Made by a program: the position numbers and the translations under genes. Below the pieces are notes generated by a model that did no database searches, was not told the DNA's origin, and worked only from the letters and a program-made list of their open reading frames with translations. This document shows positions 26,911-36,597 of a stretch of DNA of 44,853 bases, piece after piece (position 1 is the first letter of the stretch; every line of letters begins with the position of its first letter). Origin of the DNA: a virus (Duplodnaviria > Heunggongvirae > Uroviricota > Caudoviricetes); the IMG/VR virus record IMGVR_UViG_3300045988_031537. One strand, written 5' to 3'.

Positions 26911-27200
26911 GCCTTGCAACTGACATCCTGAAACGAAGCGGCCTTGCGCCGCTGTCACCGAGAACGAACACCCGAATATACAAGCGCCGCCGTAACGCGC
27001 TGTACCCTGAGATTCAAGCCAGACGCAAAGCAGTCCGCGCCTGCGGGTTCCAGAACGGGAAGGCCGTTAACCTGGGTGAGTTTAAAACACAGGAACGCGC
27101 AGCAATCGCAAATAGGTTATTTAATTACTGGAAATCGCTGGGGTACGATGATATTCCGACGAAGCCACAGAGACGACAATACATCTGGAGACACAAATAA
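26907..27200 (+). CDS. Small protein with AP2-like DNA-binding signature
   Basis: GFQNGKAVNLGEFKTQERAAIANRLF resembles the AP2 domain of HNH endonucleases. Confidence 0.35.
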   Translation: MSLATDILKRSGLAPLSPRTNTRIYKRRRNALYPEIQARRKAVRACGFQNGKAVNLGEFKTQERAAIANRLFNYWKSLGYDDIPTKPQRRQYIWRHK

Positions 27201-27275
27201 ACCGTTATTAAGATAATTCCTACCCGTGGTATCCTCCAGTTACTGCATACTTAATACGCACCTGGAGGATTCATC

Positions 27276-27584
27276 TTGGATAAATTTACTGAAACAGTGA
27301 CAGGCTGGCTTCTCGCTGCCGCGCTAGCCGGAGGGGTAATCGGACTAAGGCAACATAAGTCCGTTATTTCTGGCCCCATCGATGGCTTCTGCTTTATCGC
27401 TACCGGCTTCACTTGCGCCGTATTTGGCGCACCTCTCGCGGCTCAATGGTTCGGCATTACCGGCGAGAGCGAGATAGCTGGCCTCGGATTCATCATTGCC
27501 ATTCTCTGGATGCCTATCTATTCCCGCCTTTCTGGCATCGTCGCCGGAGAATACATCGCACGTCGAGGAGGCCCGGATGAATGA
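27276..27584 (+). CDS. Holin (three predicted transmembrane segments)
   Basis: TTG start 7 nt after GGAGGA; hydrophobic segments; immediately upstream of the lysis genes. Confidence 0.55.
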   Translation: MDKFTETVTGWLLAAALAGGVIGLRQHKSVISGPIDGFCFIATGFTCAVFGAPLAAQWFGITGESEIAGLGFIIAILWMPIYSRLSGIVAGEYIARRGGPDE

Positions 27585-27849
27585 GTTATTCTGGTTCGGC
27601 GGTATGCTGGCAATCGGAGGCACATCGCTGTTTAATGTGTATCACCCCAGCGTTGACGACGGGCTATTTGGTCGGGTGCTCTATATCCTGACCGCTATTG
27701 TCTGCGCTGCCGGGGGCATTCACCTGTTACAGGGCAGCATGTCGCCCACGTTGCCTGAGACATTAATCACATTAGTTGCGCTGCGTCAGATTCGACAGGC
27801 GTGGCTGTCATACGGAGGACATAAGCGTGTCTCGAAACATTTCAGATAA
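27577..27849 (+). CDS. Membrane protein (second holin or antiholin candidate)
   Basis: ATG overlaps holin stop; two hydrophobic segments. Confidence 0.4.
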   Translation: MNELFWFGGMLAIGGTSLFNVYHPSVDDGLFGRVLYILTAIVCAAGGIHLLQGSMSPTLPETLITLVALRQIRQAWLSYGGHKRVSKHFR

Positions 27850-28342
27850 TGAACTTAGCCGTGACTATGTTCGTAGCGTTTTAGATTACAACCCTGACAC
27901 GGGGTTATTCACGTGGCTTAAGACGGTTAGTTCAAAAGCCCCTAAAGGGACTGTGCCAGACGGGAGAGACCCGGACGGGTATAAAGTAATCATGCTCAAA
28001 GGTAAATACCTACGGCAACACAGGCTTGCATGGTTCTATATAACAGGAGAGTGGCCCAGCGGGCAGATAGACCACAGGAACGGGGTAAGAGACGATAATA
28101 GGTTTTGTAACCTGAGAGAATGTGACTCGCAGGACAACAACCGCAACCGTGGGTTATCGCGCAACAACACCAGCGGAGTATCAGGCGTCCATAGACAGCA
28201 AGGGAAATGGATGGTGAGAATCCGTTTGCAAAAAGGTGTGCGCAAGTTTTTCGGTTACTTCGATGACCTTGAGTTCGCTGAGTTAGTAGCTAGCGAAGCC
28301 CGAGATAAATACCACAAGGAGTTCTCTTTATGCGCTCGATGA
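27827..28342 (+). CDS. HNH-AP2 homing endonuclease
   Basis: GTG start after GGAGGA; IDHRNGVRDDNRFCNLRECDSQDN HNH motif plus AP2-like GVSGVHRQQGKWMVRIRLQKGVRKFFGYFD. Confidence 0.65.
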   Translation: MSRNISDNELSRDYVRSVLDYNPDTGLFTWLKTVSSKAPKGTVPDGRDPDGYKVIMLKGKYLRQHRLAWFYITGEWPSGQIDHRNGVRDDNRFCNLRECDSQDNNRNRGLSRNNTSGVSGVHRQQGKWMVRIRLQKGVRKFFGYFDDLEFAELVASEARDKYHKEFSLCAR

Positions 28343-28815
28343 GTGACAACGGCCTCAAGTTTACTGCGGCTTGGGAAGATTTCCGCGGGACCGCCTACCG
28401 CGCGACACCTTCGGAAAAATACTTAACCATAGGCTACGGAAGCTATGGCCCTCATGTGTATGAAGGTAAGACCATCACCCCTGGCCAAGGCCTCCTGTTA
28501 CTGAATCGCGATATGGCTAAGGCCGTAGCTGCGGTTGATGCGGCAGCACACCACTCCCTGACACAGGCGCAGTTCGACGCTGTGTGTGACCTGGTCTATA
28601 ACGCGGGTGCCGGTGTGATTGCGGCTACTACCGGAACCGGTAAGGCTCTGCGTTCTGGTGATATTGCGACACTGCGGGCTAAGCTGGCGCTGTTCATCAA
28701 CCAGAACGGCAAACCATTACTCGGTCTGCGTCGCCGTACCGCCGGGCGTCTTGCGCTGTTCGACGGTAAGCCGTGGCAGGAGGCGGAGGCTATCGGGCGC
28801 GCGGTGAAAGGTTGA
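28330..28815 (+). CDS. Endolysin, phage lysozyme (glycoside hydrolase family 24-like)
   Basis: AAWEDFRGTAYRATP...LTIGYG catalytic region typical of lambda R / T4 E lysozymes. Confidence 0.75.
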   Translation: MRSMSDNGLKFTAAWEDFRGTAYRATPSEKYLTIGYGSYGPHVYEGKTITPGQGLLLLNRDMAKAVAAVDAAAHHSLTQAQFDAVCDLVYNAGAGVIAATTGTGKALRSGDIATLRAKLALFINQNGKPLLGLRRRTAGRLALFDGKPWQEAEAIGRAVKG

Positions 28816-28869
28816 CACCTGAGACTAATCCTACGATACTTAAATCACCTCCTGCTTCATCCCTCTACT

Positions 28870-28904
28870 CTCCAGTTTTATCCCGGCCCTGACCCAGCCG
28901 GGAT
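28870..28904 (+). terminator. Rho-independent terminator
   Basis: ATCCCGGC-loop-GCCGGGAT followed by a 10-T run. Confidence 0.7.
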
Positions 28905-28935
28905 TTTTTTTTTATCTATTTTCCGTAATGACTAG

Positions 28936-28964
28936 TTGACTATTATCCTAGACCCTATTATATT
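28936..28964 (+). promoter_or_regulatory. Sigma70-like promoter, TTGACT-N17-TATATT
   Basis: Hexamers with 17-bp spacing upstream of the 28999 gene cluster. Confidence 0.45.
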
Positions 28965-28998
28965 TACTCCATCAACAACGAGAACGGAGTAGAGAGAA

Positions 28999-29187
28999 AT
29001 GATGACTAAGATTAAGCATACAGATAACTGGGGGGATTACATGGAGATAGAGAAGTGCCGGGACGGGACATTATCTATAACTTGTACCGACGGTGCTAGC
29101 GACGAATCAGTTAGTGTTAACGTGAGTATGGATGATTTTATTATCATTGTTGGACAAGTGGCGGCTTTTTACGGAGATGATAAATGA
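28999..29187 (+). CDS. Hypothetical protein
   Basis: 62-aa ORF with RBS. Confidence 0.45.
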   Translation: MMTKIKHTDNWGDYMEIEKCRDGTLSITCTDGASDESVSVNVSMDDFIIIVGQVAAFYGDDK

Positions 29188-29333
29188 AAATCACAGATAT
29201 CGAAGCATTCAAAGACGCACAATTGATGGCACATATCGCTGTCAGTAACCTGAGCAACAGCATCCAGGCGGACGCGTTCTGGTTCGCCGCTATGCAGACA
29301 CTGAAAGCAGCCTATGCAGGAGAGAAGAAATGA
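29184..29333 (+). CDS. Small hypothetical protein (49 aa)
   Basis: ATGA overlaps on both sides. Confidence 0.3.
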   Translation: MKITDIEAFKDAQLMAHIAVSNLSNSIQADAFWFAAMQTLKAAYAGEKK

Positions 29334-29527
29334 AAGTTAAAGCCGCTAAAATTCTCTGGTTAGCCGCCCTTGACTATGTGACAGAGGGTAAAGTGTATGA
29401 TGTATACAACCCGACAGCTACTGGTTTCGGTTATATAGTCTCCGACGACGACTGCGATATTTTCATAGACTTTGGTAACGATGAAGGTGATGGCTTCCAC
29501 GGCGTTAAATGGGAGATTGTAAAATGA
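29330..29527 (+). CDS. Hypothetical protein
   Basis: 65-aa ORF, coupled. Confidence 0.45.
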   Translation: MKVKAAKILWLAALDYVTEGKVYDVYNPTATGFGYIVSDDDCDIFIDFGNDEGDGFHGVKWEIVK

Positions 29528-29682
29528 GCGAACAAGGTCCAGTAAGCCAGCCATTACGGGTAGGCCGTAAAGTCAGTCACACCCCGTTCCCGACACGCGA
29601 GGAACTGATGAAACGAAACAGTTTCCCGGGGCCGGACAAGAACAAGTATCTCAATCGCATGTGGGGAGAGCGTAAAGAATGA
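29524..29682 (+). CDS. Small hypothetical protein (52 aa)
   Basis: ATGA overlaps on both sides. Confidence 0.3.
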   Translation: MSEQGPVSQPLRVGRKVSHTPFPTREELMKRNSFPGPDKNKYLNRMWGERKE

Positions 29683-29915
29683 CTGACCGTGAATACGAAA
29701 AGATGATGGTAGAGGCCGTTAACGGCGGCGTAGACGTAAGCCACGTGATGCACGTTCTGAATACTAAAATCGCAGTAGCGGAGCAAATGGTAGAGTCGCT
29801 TTACGAGACTCGCCGTGAACTGATTAACCGCTTCAACCTGAACAAGGGGTGCGCTATTTCTGACGATTTCGATGGGGATTACCGAAATGGAGATTTTTAT
29901 GAGGGGGCCGAATAA
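29679..29915 (+). CDS. Hypothetical protein
   Basis: 78-aa ORF. Confidence 0.45.
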   Translation: MTDREYEKMMVEAVNGGVDVSHVMHVLNTKIAVAEQMVESLYETRRELINRFNLNKGCAISDDFDGDYRNGDFYEGAE

Positions 29916-30154
29916 TGCCTAAAATCACAATCGCGTCACTCGAGCGCCGTATTCTGGTGCTTGAGTCGGAGAAACAGACGTTAAGCGGGCAACTGTCGAT
30001 TAACGGTGAGTTTCAACTGGAGGCATTTAAGTTGTTGCTTGATAAGTTGAAAGAGGGTGAAAAGCCTTGTGCGCATGACTACTACTTACATGTGGTTGGC
30101 GGGTTACATCGAGCCACGTGCATTAAATGTGGTGAAGCGTATGGAGTCGCCTAA
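29915..30154 (+). CDS. Hypothetical protein with C-terminal Cys/His cluster
   Basis: CAHDYYLHVVGGLHRATCIKCGE. Confidence 0.45.
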   Translation: MPKITIASLERRILVLESEKQTLSGQLSINGEFQLEAFKLLLDKLKEGEKPCAHDYYLHVVGGLHRATCIKCGEAYGVA

Positions 30155-30323
30155 GCCAGTAGTAATTGATGGCGTCCTGTGGAAACCCTACTCGGTTAAC
30201 CACATCGACGCCGACGGGAAGAAGTTTAGCTTCTACATTTTTGCAATTAGCCGTGAGCACGCCGCTTGTGTGGTCGATGATATACGAGAAACGGCGTGGC
30301 TTGGCGATGAGGTAGTGGGGTGA
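30141..30323 (+). CDS. Hypothetical protein
   Basis: Start uncertain (ATG 30141 or 30075). Confidence 0.35.
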   Translation: MESPKPVVIDGVLWKPYSVNHIDADGKKFSFYIFAISREHAACVVDDIRETAWLGDEVVG

Positions 30324-30325
30324 TT

Positions 30326-30496
30326 ATGTTCAGTGACATCAACGCAGCAATCGAAGAAGCAATATGGCGGCGCTATAACGGCGAGCAACAGCGGCACTTT
30401 TGCCTCGTGCAACGCGGTAACATGATTGCCGTAGTGCAGGACCGGGATAACAAATATCCGAATGCGATGTGGTCAACGAGGAATTTCTTAGGATGA
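30326..30496 (+). CDS. Small hypothetical protein (56 aa)
   Basis: ATG after GGGGTGA; below the track cut-off. Confidence 0.3.
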   Translation: MFSDINAAIEEAIWRRYNGEQQRHFCLVQRGNMIAVVQDRDNKYPNAMWSTRNFLG

Positions 30497-30729
30497 TTAC
30501 CAGCATTCCTAACCTGATTAAAGAATTCGGCACGATGGCGGAGACATGCCGACAAACTGGCCTCAACGAAATGACGATTGCGAAGTACAGTAAAGACGTG
30601 AACTGCGAGCGCCACGTAATTTATAACAATCGTCTCATGACGCACGTTAAGACAAGCCCGGTGCTATTCACGCGCCGTGGTATCACTAAAACAGAGCAAC
30701 GTATCGCACGAGAGGAGGGTGATGTATGA
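30493..30729 (+). CDS. Small HTH-like protein
   Basis: TMAETCRQTGLNEMTIAKY. Confidence 0.4.
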   Translation: MITSIPNLIKEFGTMAETCRQTGLNEMTIAKYSKDVNCERHVIYNNRLMTHVKTSPVLFTRRGITKTEQRIAREEGDV

Positions 30730-30881
30730 AAAAGTTAACGGTGTACTGGAAGACAGGCGCTACATCAGAACTTGATGTTTTCAACGTAACGCAATGTGAG
30801 AAGTTCTGGTACGCCGAAACATTCAACGGTGAAGTGAGAATCCCGTTAGCACTGGTAGACGGCGGCGATATAACCGAATAG
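30726..30881 (+). CDS. Small hypothetical protein (51 aa)
   Basis: ATGA overlap with the upstream gene. Confidence 0.3.
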   Translation: MKKLTVYWKTGATSELDVFNVTQCEKFWYAETFNGEVRIPLALVDGGDITE

Positions 30882-30890
30882 TCACACCAC

Positions 30891-30916
30891 AAGCCCTCTA
30901 CGGAGGGCTTTTCTGT
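30891..30916 (+). terminator. Rho-independent terminator
   Basis: AAGCCCTC-TACG-GAGGGCTT followed by TTCTGT. Confidence 0.55.
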
Positions 30917-31008
30917 ACATCCTGCCTAATCCCCTTATATAATCCCTTTAGACGCGTAGGGCGCGTCTGGTGCGCTCTGATGGTCAGACGCATATGCAAG
31001 GGGATTCT

Positions 31009-31554
31009 ATGAAGCTGAAACTCAAGCAGCCATCGCCAGAGGTGGTGCAAGCTGCACATGAAGAAGCTGTTAGCGCAAACCGTCGCCGTAAACGACCGCG
31101 CGGTAAACAGAGCCTTTATCAATCGTCCCGTAATTCCGCCGCGTTGTGGGACCCGGACTATTGCGACGCGTTAATCGAGTTCTTCGACCGCACGTCATGG
31201 GAACTTGCGCCCACGTCTAAGGGTGACGAACGCCCGCTGATTCAGGATAAGCCACCGTCACTGGCCCGCTTCGCCCTACACATCGGCGTCACTATCCCGA
31301 TTATTAAGCTGTGGCTGCGTGAGATTCCCGCATTTGCCGAAGCCTATGAGACAGCACAGGCATTGGAAGAGGCATACTTCACTGAGACAGGGGCTGCAGG
31401 TATCTCTGCTACGTTTGCCGCTGCGAAACTTGGCCTTGGCAAAGAGAAACCAGTTGAATCCGCCGAAGAAACGGCACCGACTGAGATTATTTTCAGTGTT
31501 GCGGAGCCTGTAGGTAAAATTGTAACAACGAACATGGGTGAGGTAGAGGAATGA
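31009..31554 (+). CDS. Terminase small subunit
   Basis: Position directly upstream of the large terminase; basic N-terminus; stop overlaps the TerL start. Confidence 0.6.
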   Translation: MKLKLKQPSPEVVQAAHEEAVSANRRRKRPRGKQSLYQSSRNSAALWDPDYCDALIEFFDRTSWELAPTSKGDERPLIQDKPPSLARFALHIGVTIPIIKLWLREIPAFAEAYETAQALEEAYFTETGAAGISATFAAAKLGLGKEKPVESAEETAPTEIIFSVAEPVGKIVTTNMGEVEE

Positions 31555-32801
31555 GTATTCAGCTATCCGCGCCGCAGGCACTGTTCCTGAATTGTGACAA
31601 CAAATACAAGGCCTACGTAGGCGGCTTCGGTAGTGGCAAGACGTTTGTCGGCTGCCTTGACCTGCTTACGTTTATGCTCAAGCACCCTGGTACACGCCTG
31701 GGCTACTTCGGCCCTACCTATCCCGCCATCCGTGACATCTTCTACCCGACATTCGAGGAAGCGGCTAACCTGCTCGGCCTTGATGTGCTGGTTAAATCCG
31801 GAGACAAAGAGGTCGTGGTTACTCGCGGTAAGACGGTGCTCGGAACGGTTATCTGTCGTTCTATGGATAACCCCGGTTCGATTGTGGGTTTCAAAATCGC
31901 CGCCGCGGTCGTGGATGAACTGGACGTACTGAGCCGAGAAAAAGCTGAACTGGCATGGAACAAAATCGTCGCCCGTATGCGTCTGGTTATCCCTGGTGTA
32001 ACCAACCACATCTCCGTCACCACGACGCCGGAAGGGTTCAAGTTCGTCTACGCCAAGTTCAAAGAGAACCCGACACCGAGTTACTCAATGGTGCAGGCTT
32101 CCACCCACGAGAACGCGCGATTCCTGCCGCCTGACTACATTAGCTCGCTGACCGAGACTTACCCAGCGCAACTGATTAACGCGTATCTGAATGGGGAGTT
32201 CGTTAACCTGACATCCGGCAGCGTCTACTACGCCTACGACCGACGTAAGCATCGCAGCAAAGAGACAATCCAACCGGGCGACACGCTGTACATCGGGCAG
32301 GACTTCAACGTTACGAAGAACGCCAGCGCCGTGTATGTGCAACGTAAAGACGGCTGGCACGCGGTAGCAGAACTGAAGGGCCTGTTCGATACGCCAGATA
32401 CCGTGCGTGTGATTACCGAGAAGTGGAAGTCGCAAGGCCACCGCATCGTCGTTTACCCGGACGCCAGCGGCAAGAACCGCAAAACCAACTCGGCGTCAAT
32501 CTCCGATATCGCCTTACTACAGCAGGCCGGTTTTGATGTTCGCGCTAAATCCGCCAACCCACCGGTTAAAGACCGTGTTTTAGCCGTGAATACCGCGCTG
32601 GAAAAAGGTAAGCTGTGGGTTAACGACCACTTATGCCCTGAGATAGCGAAGACACTGGAGCAGCAGGCATATGATGATAACGGAGAGCCTGCTAAAGACG
32701 GCGTCATTGACCATATGGCGGATGCTCTCGGCTATCCTGTAGTTTATGAGATGCCGGTGGTTAAGCCAGTAATCAACATCCCGGTGACTTTCGCACTTTA
32801 A
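31551..32801 (+). CDS. Terminase large subunit
   Basis: Walker A-like VGGFGSGKT, ATPase then nuclease-type region. Confidence 0.8.
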   Translation: MSIQLSAPQALFLNCDNKYKAYVGGFGSGKTFVGCLDLLTFMLKHPGTRLGYFGPTYPAIRDIFYPTFEEAANLLGLDVLVKSGDKEVVVTRGKTVLGTVICRSMDNPGSIVGFKIAAAVVDELDVLSREKAELAWNKIVARMRLVIPGVTNHISVTTTPEGFKFVYAKFKENPTPSYSMVQASTHENARFLPPDYISSLTETYPAQLINAYLNGEFVNLTSGSVYYAYDRRKHRSKETIQPGDTLYIGQDFNVTKNASAVYVQRKDGWHAVAELKGLFDTPDTVRVITEKWKSQGHRIVVYPDASGKNRKTNSASISDIALLQQAGFDVRAKSANPPVKDRVLAVNTALEKGKLWVNDHLCPEIAKTLEQQAYDDNGEPAKDGVIDHMADALGYPVVYEMPVVKPVINIPVTFAL

Positions 32802-32813
32802 GAGGATTATTCA

Positions 32814-34298
32814 ATGTTAACTATGAACGGTCAGAATCAGGGTGTTAAGACAAAACACCGGGAATGGCTGCATCACTTCAATAAATGGCAGAAGGTGCGC
32901 CACGCGCTGGAAGGCGACCTCATCCGTTACCTGCGCAATGTCGGGAAGAACGAGCCTGACCCGACCTATGCGGCACAGCGCCAGGAAGAATACGAGAACG
33001 GCGCTATCTGCTACAACTTCACTAAACGTACCCTGGCGGGGATGGTCGGCAGTGTTATGCGTAAAGACCCTGAGCAGATTATCCCGCCTGAACTTGAGTA
33101 CCTGTTACGCAACGCTGACGGTTCAGGTGTCGGGCTATGGCAGCACGCGCAGGATACTTTGATGGAAATTGACTCGGTAGGTCGTGGCGGGTTGCTGGTT
33201 GATGCACCAGAGACCGCCGCAGCAACGGCAGCCGAACAGAACGCAGGATTATTAAACCCGGTCATCGCATTCTACACCGCGGAGAACATCATCAACTGGA
33301 GACTGACCCGCGTTGGTTCAGTTAACCGCGTGACAATGGTCGTGTTGCGCGAAGTATGGGAATACTCTGAACCCGGTGCAGAGTTCGAAACAAAGTTCGG
33401 CGAGCAATACCGCGTCCTTGACCTGATTGATGGGCGCTACCGCCAGCGCATTTACCGCTTCGATGCCGAAGGTGGCGCTCAGGATGAAGTAATCGAAATA
33501 TTCCCGGAACTTGGCGAACAGTTGCGCGGCAAAATCCCGTTCACGTTTATTGGCGCAAGCAATAACGACGCGACCATTGACGATGCGCCTTTGCTGCCGT
33601 TGGCCGAGCTTAATATCGGGCATTTCCGCAACAGCGCAGACAATGAGGAATCCAGCTTCGTTGTAGGTCAGCCAACTCTGTTCATCGCCCCGGGTGAGAA
33701 CATGAGCATGGAACAGTGGAAAGAGGCTAACCCACACGGTGTGCGCATGGGGTCGCGTTCAGGTCATAACATCGGCTACGGCGGCAATGCGTTTCTGGTC
33801 CAGGCCGGAGAGAATAACCTGGCCAAGCAGAACATGCTGGATAAAGAGAATCAGGCCATCCGGATTGGTGCGCAGCTTATCACCCCGACGCAGCAAATCA
33901 CTGCGGAATCAGCCCGTCTACAACGCAGCGCCGATACGTCCGTTATGGCGACAATCGCGTGTAACGTAAGCATGGCGTATACCGATGCGTTGCGCTGGGC
34001 GGCTGCCATGCTTGGGTTGCGTGATGACACAGAAATTGAGTTCAAGCTAAACATGGAGTTCTTCCTGCAACCGATGACCGCGCAGGACCGAGCGCAGTGG
34101 ATGGCGGACATTAACGCGGGCCTGTTACCGGCTACTGCCTATTACTCGGCATTGCGTAAGGCAGGCGTAACCGACTGGACGGACGAAGACATCCAGAACG
34201 CTATTGAGGACGCGCCGCTGCCGTTAGGCGCGGTTACTCAGGTAGCAGGAGAGATTCCGCAGTCGGCGCAGCAACAACAAGACACCGCTCAGCAGTAA
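32814..34298 (+). CDS. Portal protein
   Basis: 494 aa directly after TerL; acidic C-terminus. Confidence 0.75.
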   Translation: MLTMNGQNQGVKTKHREWLHHFNKWQKVRHALEGDLIRYLRNVGKNEPDPTYAAQRQEEYENGAICYNFTKRTLAGMVGSVMRKDPEQIIPPELEYLLRNADGSGVGLWQHAQDTLMEIDSVGRGGLLVDAPETAAATAAEQNAGLLNPVIAFYTAENIINWRLTRVGSVNRVTMVVLREVWEYSEPGAEFETKFGEQYRVLDLIDGRYRQRIYRFDAEGGAQDEVIEIFPELGEQLRGKIPFTFIGASNNDATIDDAPLLPLAELNIGHFRNSADNEESSFVVGQPTLFIAPGENMSMEQWKEANPHGVRMGSRSGHNIGYGGNAFLVQAGENNLAKQNMLDKENQAIRIGAQLITPTQQITAESARLQRSADTSVMATIACNVSMAYTDALRWAAAMLGLRDDTEIEFKLNMEFFLQPMTAQDRAQWMADINAGLLPATAYYSALRKAGVTDWTDEDIQNAIEDAPLPLGAVTQVAGEIPQSAQQQQDTAQQ

Positions 34299-34308
34299 GT
34301 TCACATAT

Positions 34309-34330
34309 AGCCCCGAAAGGGGCTTTCTTA
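34309..34330 (+). terminator. Terminator-like hairpin
   Basis: AGCCCC-GAAA-GGGGCT followed by TTCTTAT. Confidence 0.5.
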
Positions 34331-34334
34331 TAGT

Positions 34335-35411
34335 ATGCTATTAACTTTAGCACCACAGGGTTTAGCTATGAGCTTACTTACATCTCTAATCAGCCACCAG
34401 ATATGGCTGCAACGCACCGCATCCGGTGAAGTGAAAGACCTCGCACCGTTCCTTCAGGAGATGCGGGACGAAATCAAACGGCAGGTGCTGTTATTCGGCG
34501 ACGACGGGCGGAGCACCGCGCGGCTGAATAAATTGTTACGCGACCTCGAAGAAGCATTAACAGGACTTACAGGCGGCTGGCAGACGAAGCTGACAGAAGA
34601 CCTTAAGGAACTGGCAGCATATGAAGCGGAGTGGAACGTAAAGACACTGACCGCCAACGTAGACGCGGAATTTGTTACGCCTACCGCTGAACAGGTGTGG
34701 GCCGCTGCCGAGTTTCAGCCGCTCTCATTAAGCGACAAGCCTGTCGACTTCACTAAGCTGATGAATGGTTGGGGCGAAACAGAAGTAGCGCGCCTGGTAA
34801 CTGGCGTTAAGATGGGTTTCGTACAAGGCCAGACCACACGGCAGATTGTTAAGAATGTCGTAGGCGCGGGTGGGCTGGCTGACATCTCTGAGCGAAACGC
34901 AACTACTGTAATTCGCACCGCGCTTTCCCACGTATCCAACGAAGCCCGCAACGAGACGTACCGCCAGAACGACGACATCATCGAGAAGTACGAGTGGGTA
35001 TCAACACTGGACAGCCGTACCAGTACGATTTGCAGAGCCAGAGACGGAATGACGTGGGAAATTGGTAAGGGGCCGATGCCCCCCGCCCATCCGAATTGTC
35101 GAAGTACCACTGCACCGGTAATCAGTTCGGAGTTCGACTTCCTAGATAAAGGTGCAAAACGCGCGGCTAAGGGTGCGGACGGCGGTATGCAGGTAAGCGC
35201 AGACACCACCTATTACGAGTTCCTGAAACAGCAACCGGCATGGTTCGTGGATGAAGCACTCGGACCTACCCGCGGTGCTATATTCAGGAATAGTGGGATA
35301 TCCCCAGAGGAATTCCGGGTAATATCCGTCGACGCTTTTGGTAGACCTTTAACCTTGAAGGAGATGGCGGCGTTAGATAACAGGGTTGCTGAATATCTTA
35401 GGTCGGTATAA
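34335..35411 (+). CDS. Head morphogenesis protein (Mu F / SPP1 gp7-like)
   Basis: PPAHPNCRS motif; position after portal. Start may be ATG 34368. Confidence 0.7.
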   Translation: MLLTLAPQGLAMSLLTSLISHQIWLQRTASGEVKDLAPFLQEMRDEIKRQVLLFGDDGRSTARLNKLLRDLEEALTGLTGGWQTKLTEDLKELAAYEAEWNVKTLTANVDAEFVTPTAEQVWAAAEFQPLSLSDKPVDFTKLMNGWGETEVARLVTGVKMGFVQGQTTRQIVKNVVGAGGLADISERNATTVIRTALSHVSNEARNETYRQNDDIIEKYEWVSTLDSRTSTICRARDGMTWEIGKGPMPPAHPNCRSTTAPVISSEFDFLDKGAKRAAKGADGGMQVSADTTYYEFLKQQPAWFVDEALGPTRGAIFRNSGISPEEFRVISVDAFGRPLTLKEMAALDNRVAEYLRSV

Positions 35412-35535
35412 AGTATATCTAGTAGCTAGCTTTGGTCGGTGAACTACTAAAAATAGAGAAAGAATATAACCCCATGAAGGTATGCCTATCTCTGGCATCG
35501 ACCAATCTTCATGGGGTTTTCTTATAGGGTTTAAT

Positions 35536-36105
35536 ATGGGAATTGTTTTTGGTGTGGGTATTAACGATGTTTCACCAATAAGTTGCGGAGGGGTGCATAT
35601 AGCGTCCTACGCCGTATGGAAGAACATGTTAAAGAGGTGCTACGACAAGAAATGGCAGCAAAGAAACAGAACTTATATAGGTTGCCGCGTGTCGGACGAT
35701 TGGTTGGTGTTCAGTAATTTCAAGGTCTGGTTTGATGATTTTTATGTACCTGGGTGGCAGATAGATAAGGATTTACTTAACCCGGGAAATAAGGTTTACG
35801 ATGCTTCTAACTGTGTTTTCATCCCTAAATCCCTCAATACTTTCCTAACAGCCCACGACGCTCTTCGAGGCGAACACCCACTCGGCGTACATTTCCATAA
35901 ACAAAAGAAAAGATTCATCGCTCAAGTATCCGTGGATGGCGTATCTGAACAAATAGGCGCTTACGAAACCGCTCAAGAGGCACACGTAGCATGGTTTCAT
36001 AGAAAAATTGAATTAGCATATGAATACAAAGGTCTTTGCGATAGCATAGACCCACGCCTTTTCGAAGGCGTCTTACGTAAGATTAACTCAATGAAAGAGG
36101 TTTAG
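35536..36105 (+). CDS. HNH-AP2-like homing endonuclease, possibly degenerate
   Basis: AP2-like GVHFHKQKKRFIAQVSVDGVSEQIGAYETAQEAHVAW; HNH-like GWQIDKDLLNPGNKVYDASNCVFIPKSLN with Lys where His is expected; preceded by a 12-bp-stem hairpin at 35468-35517. Confidence 0.5.
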   Translation: MGIVFGVGINDVSPISCGGVHIASYAVWKNMLKRCYDKKWQQRNRTYIGCRVSDDWLVFSNFKVWFDDFYVPGWQIDKDLLNPGNKVYDASNCVFIPKSLNTFLTAHDALRGEHPLGVHFHKQKKRFIAQVSVDGVSEQIGAYETAQEAHVAWFHRKIELAYEYKGLCDSIDPRLFEGVLRKINSMKEV

Positions 36106-36167
36106 TTTATGGGCTTTTTTTTAAAGTAACTGATGTACCTGCGCGCCGCGTAGTCCAGTACGCCCGT

Positions 36168-36569
36168 GTGTCTGGCTCTGGTGAGAACGTGGTGTTTATT
36201 GAAGACGAAAGTGTACTAGGTACACCGGTAGATGATATGCCGTTTGCAGATAAAACCGGTATCGCACTCCCTGCGGCGGGTATGCTTTACGAGGTTCCGT
36301 ATCTGGCTGACGCTGGAGATGTGTATTTCTCTGTACAACCGCAGGGCGCTGAACTGGCGGACGGAAGTGCGACTATCACTGTCGAGGTTAAGGCGGGTAA
36401 AGCGCCGTATGTACTGACCTGGTACAAAGACGGGAAGGAAGTGGTGAACGCCCCGGAAGAGGCTCTGTCTCTGACTGTTAATGCGGCGGGTGAATACTTC
36501 GTTAAAGTTACTGATGCCGATGGCGTAGAGACGGTTAGCAAGGCGGCGAAGGTTACTAAGCCAGAATGA
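36168..36569 (+). CDS. Ig-like domain protein
   Basis: PYVLTWYKDGKEV...AGEYFVKVTDADG resembles Ig/Big-type domains. Confidence 0.45.
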   Translation: MSGSGENVVFIEDESVLGTPVDDMPFADKTGIALPAAGMLYEVPYLADAGDVYFSVQPQGAELADGSATITVEVKAGKAPYVLTWYKDGKEVVNAPEEALSLTVNAAGEYFVKVTDADGVETVSKAAKVTKPE

Positions 36570-36571
36570 TA

Positions 36572-36597
36572 AAAGGCCCCATAATGGGGCCTTAGTT
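36572..36597. terminator. Bidirectional terminator hairpin
   Basis: AAGGCCCCAT-AA-TGGGGCCTT between convergent genes. Confidence 0.55.
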
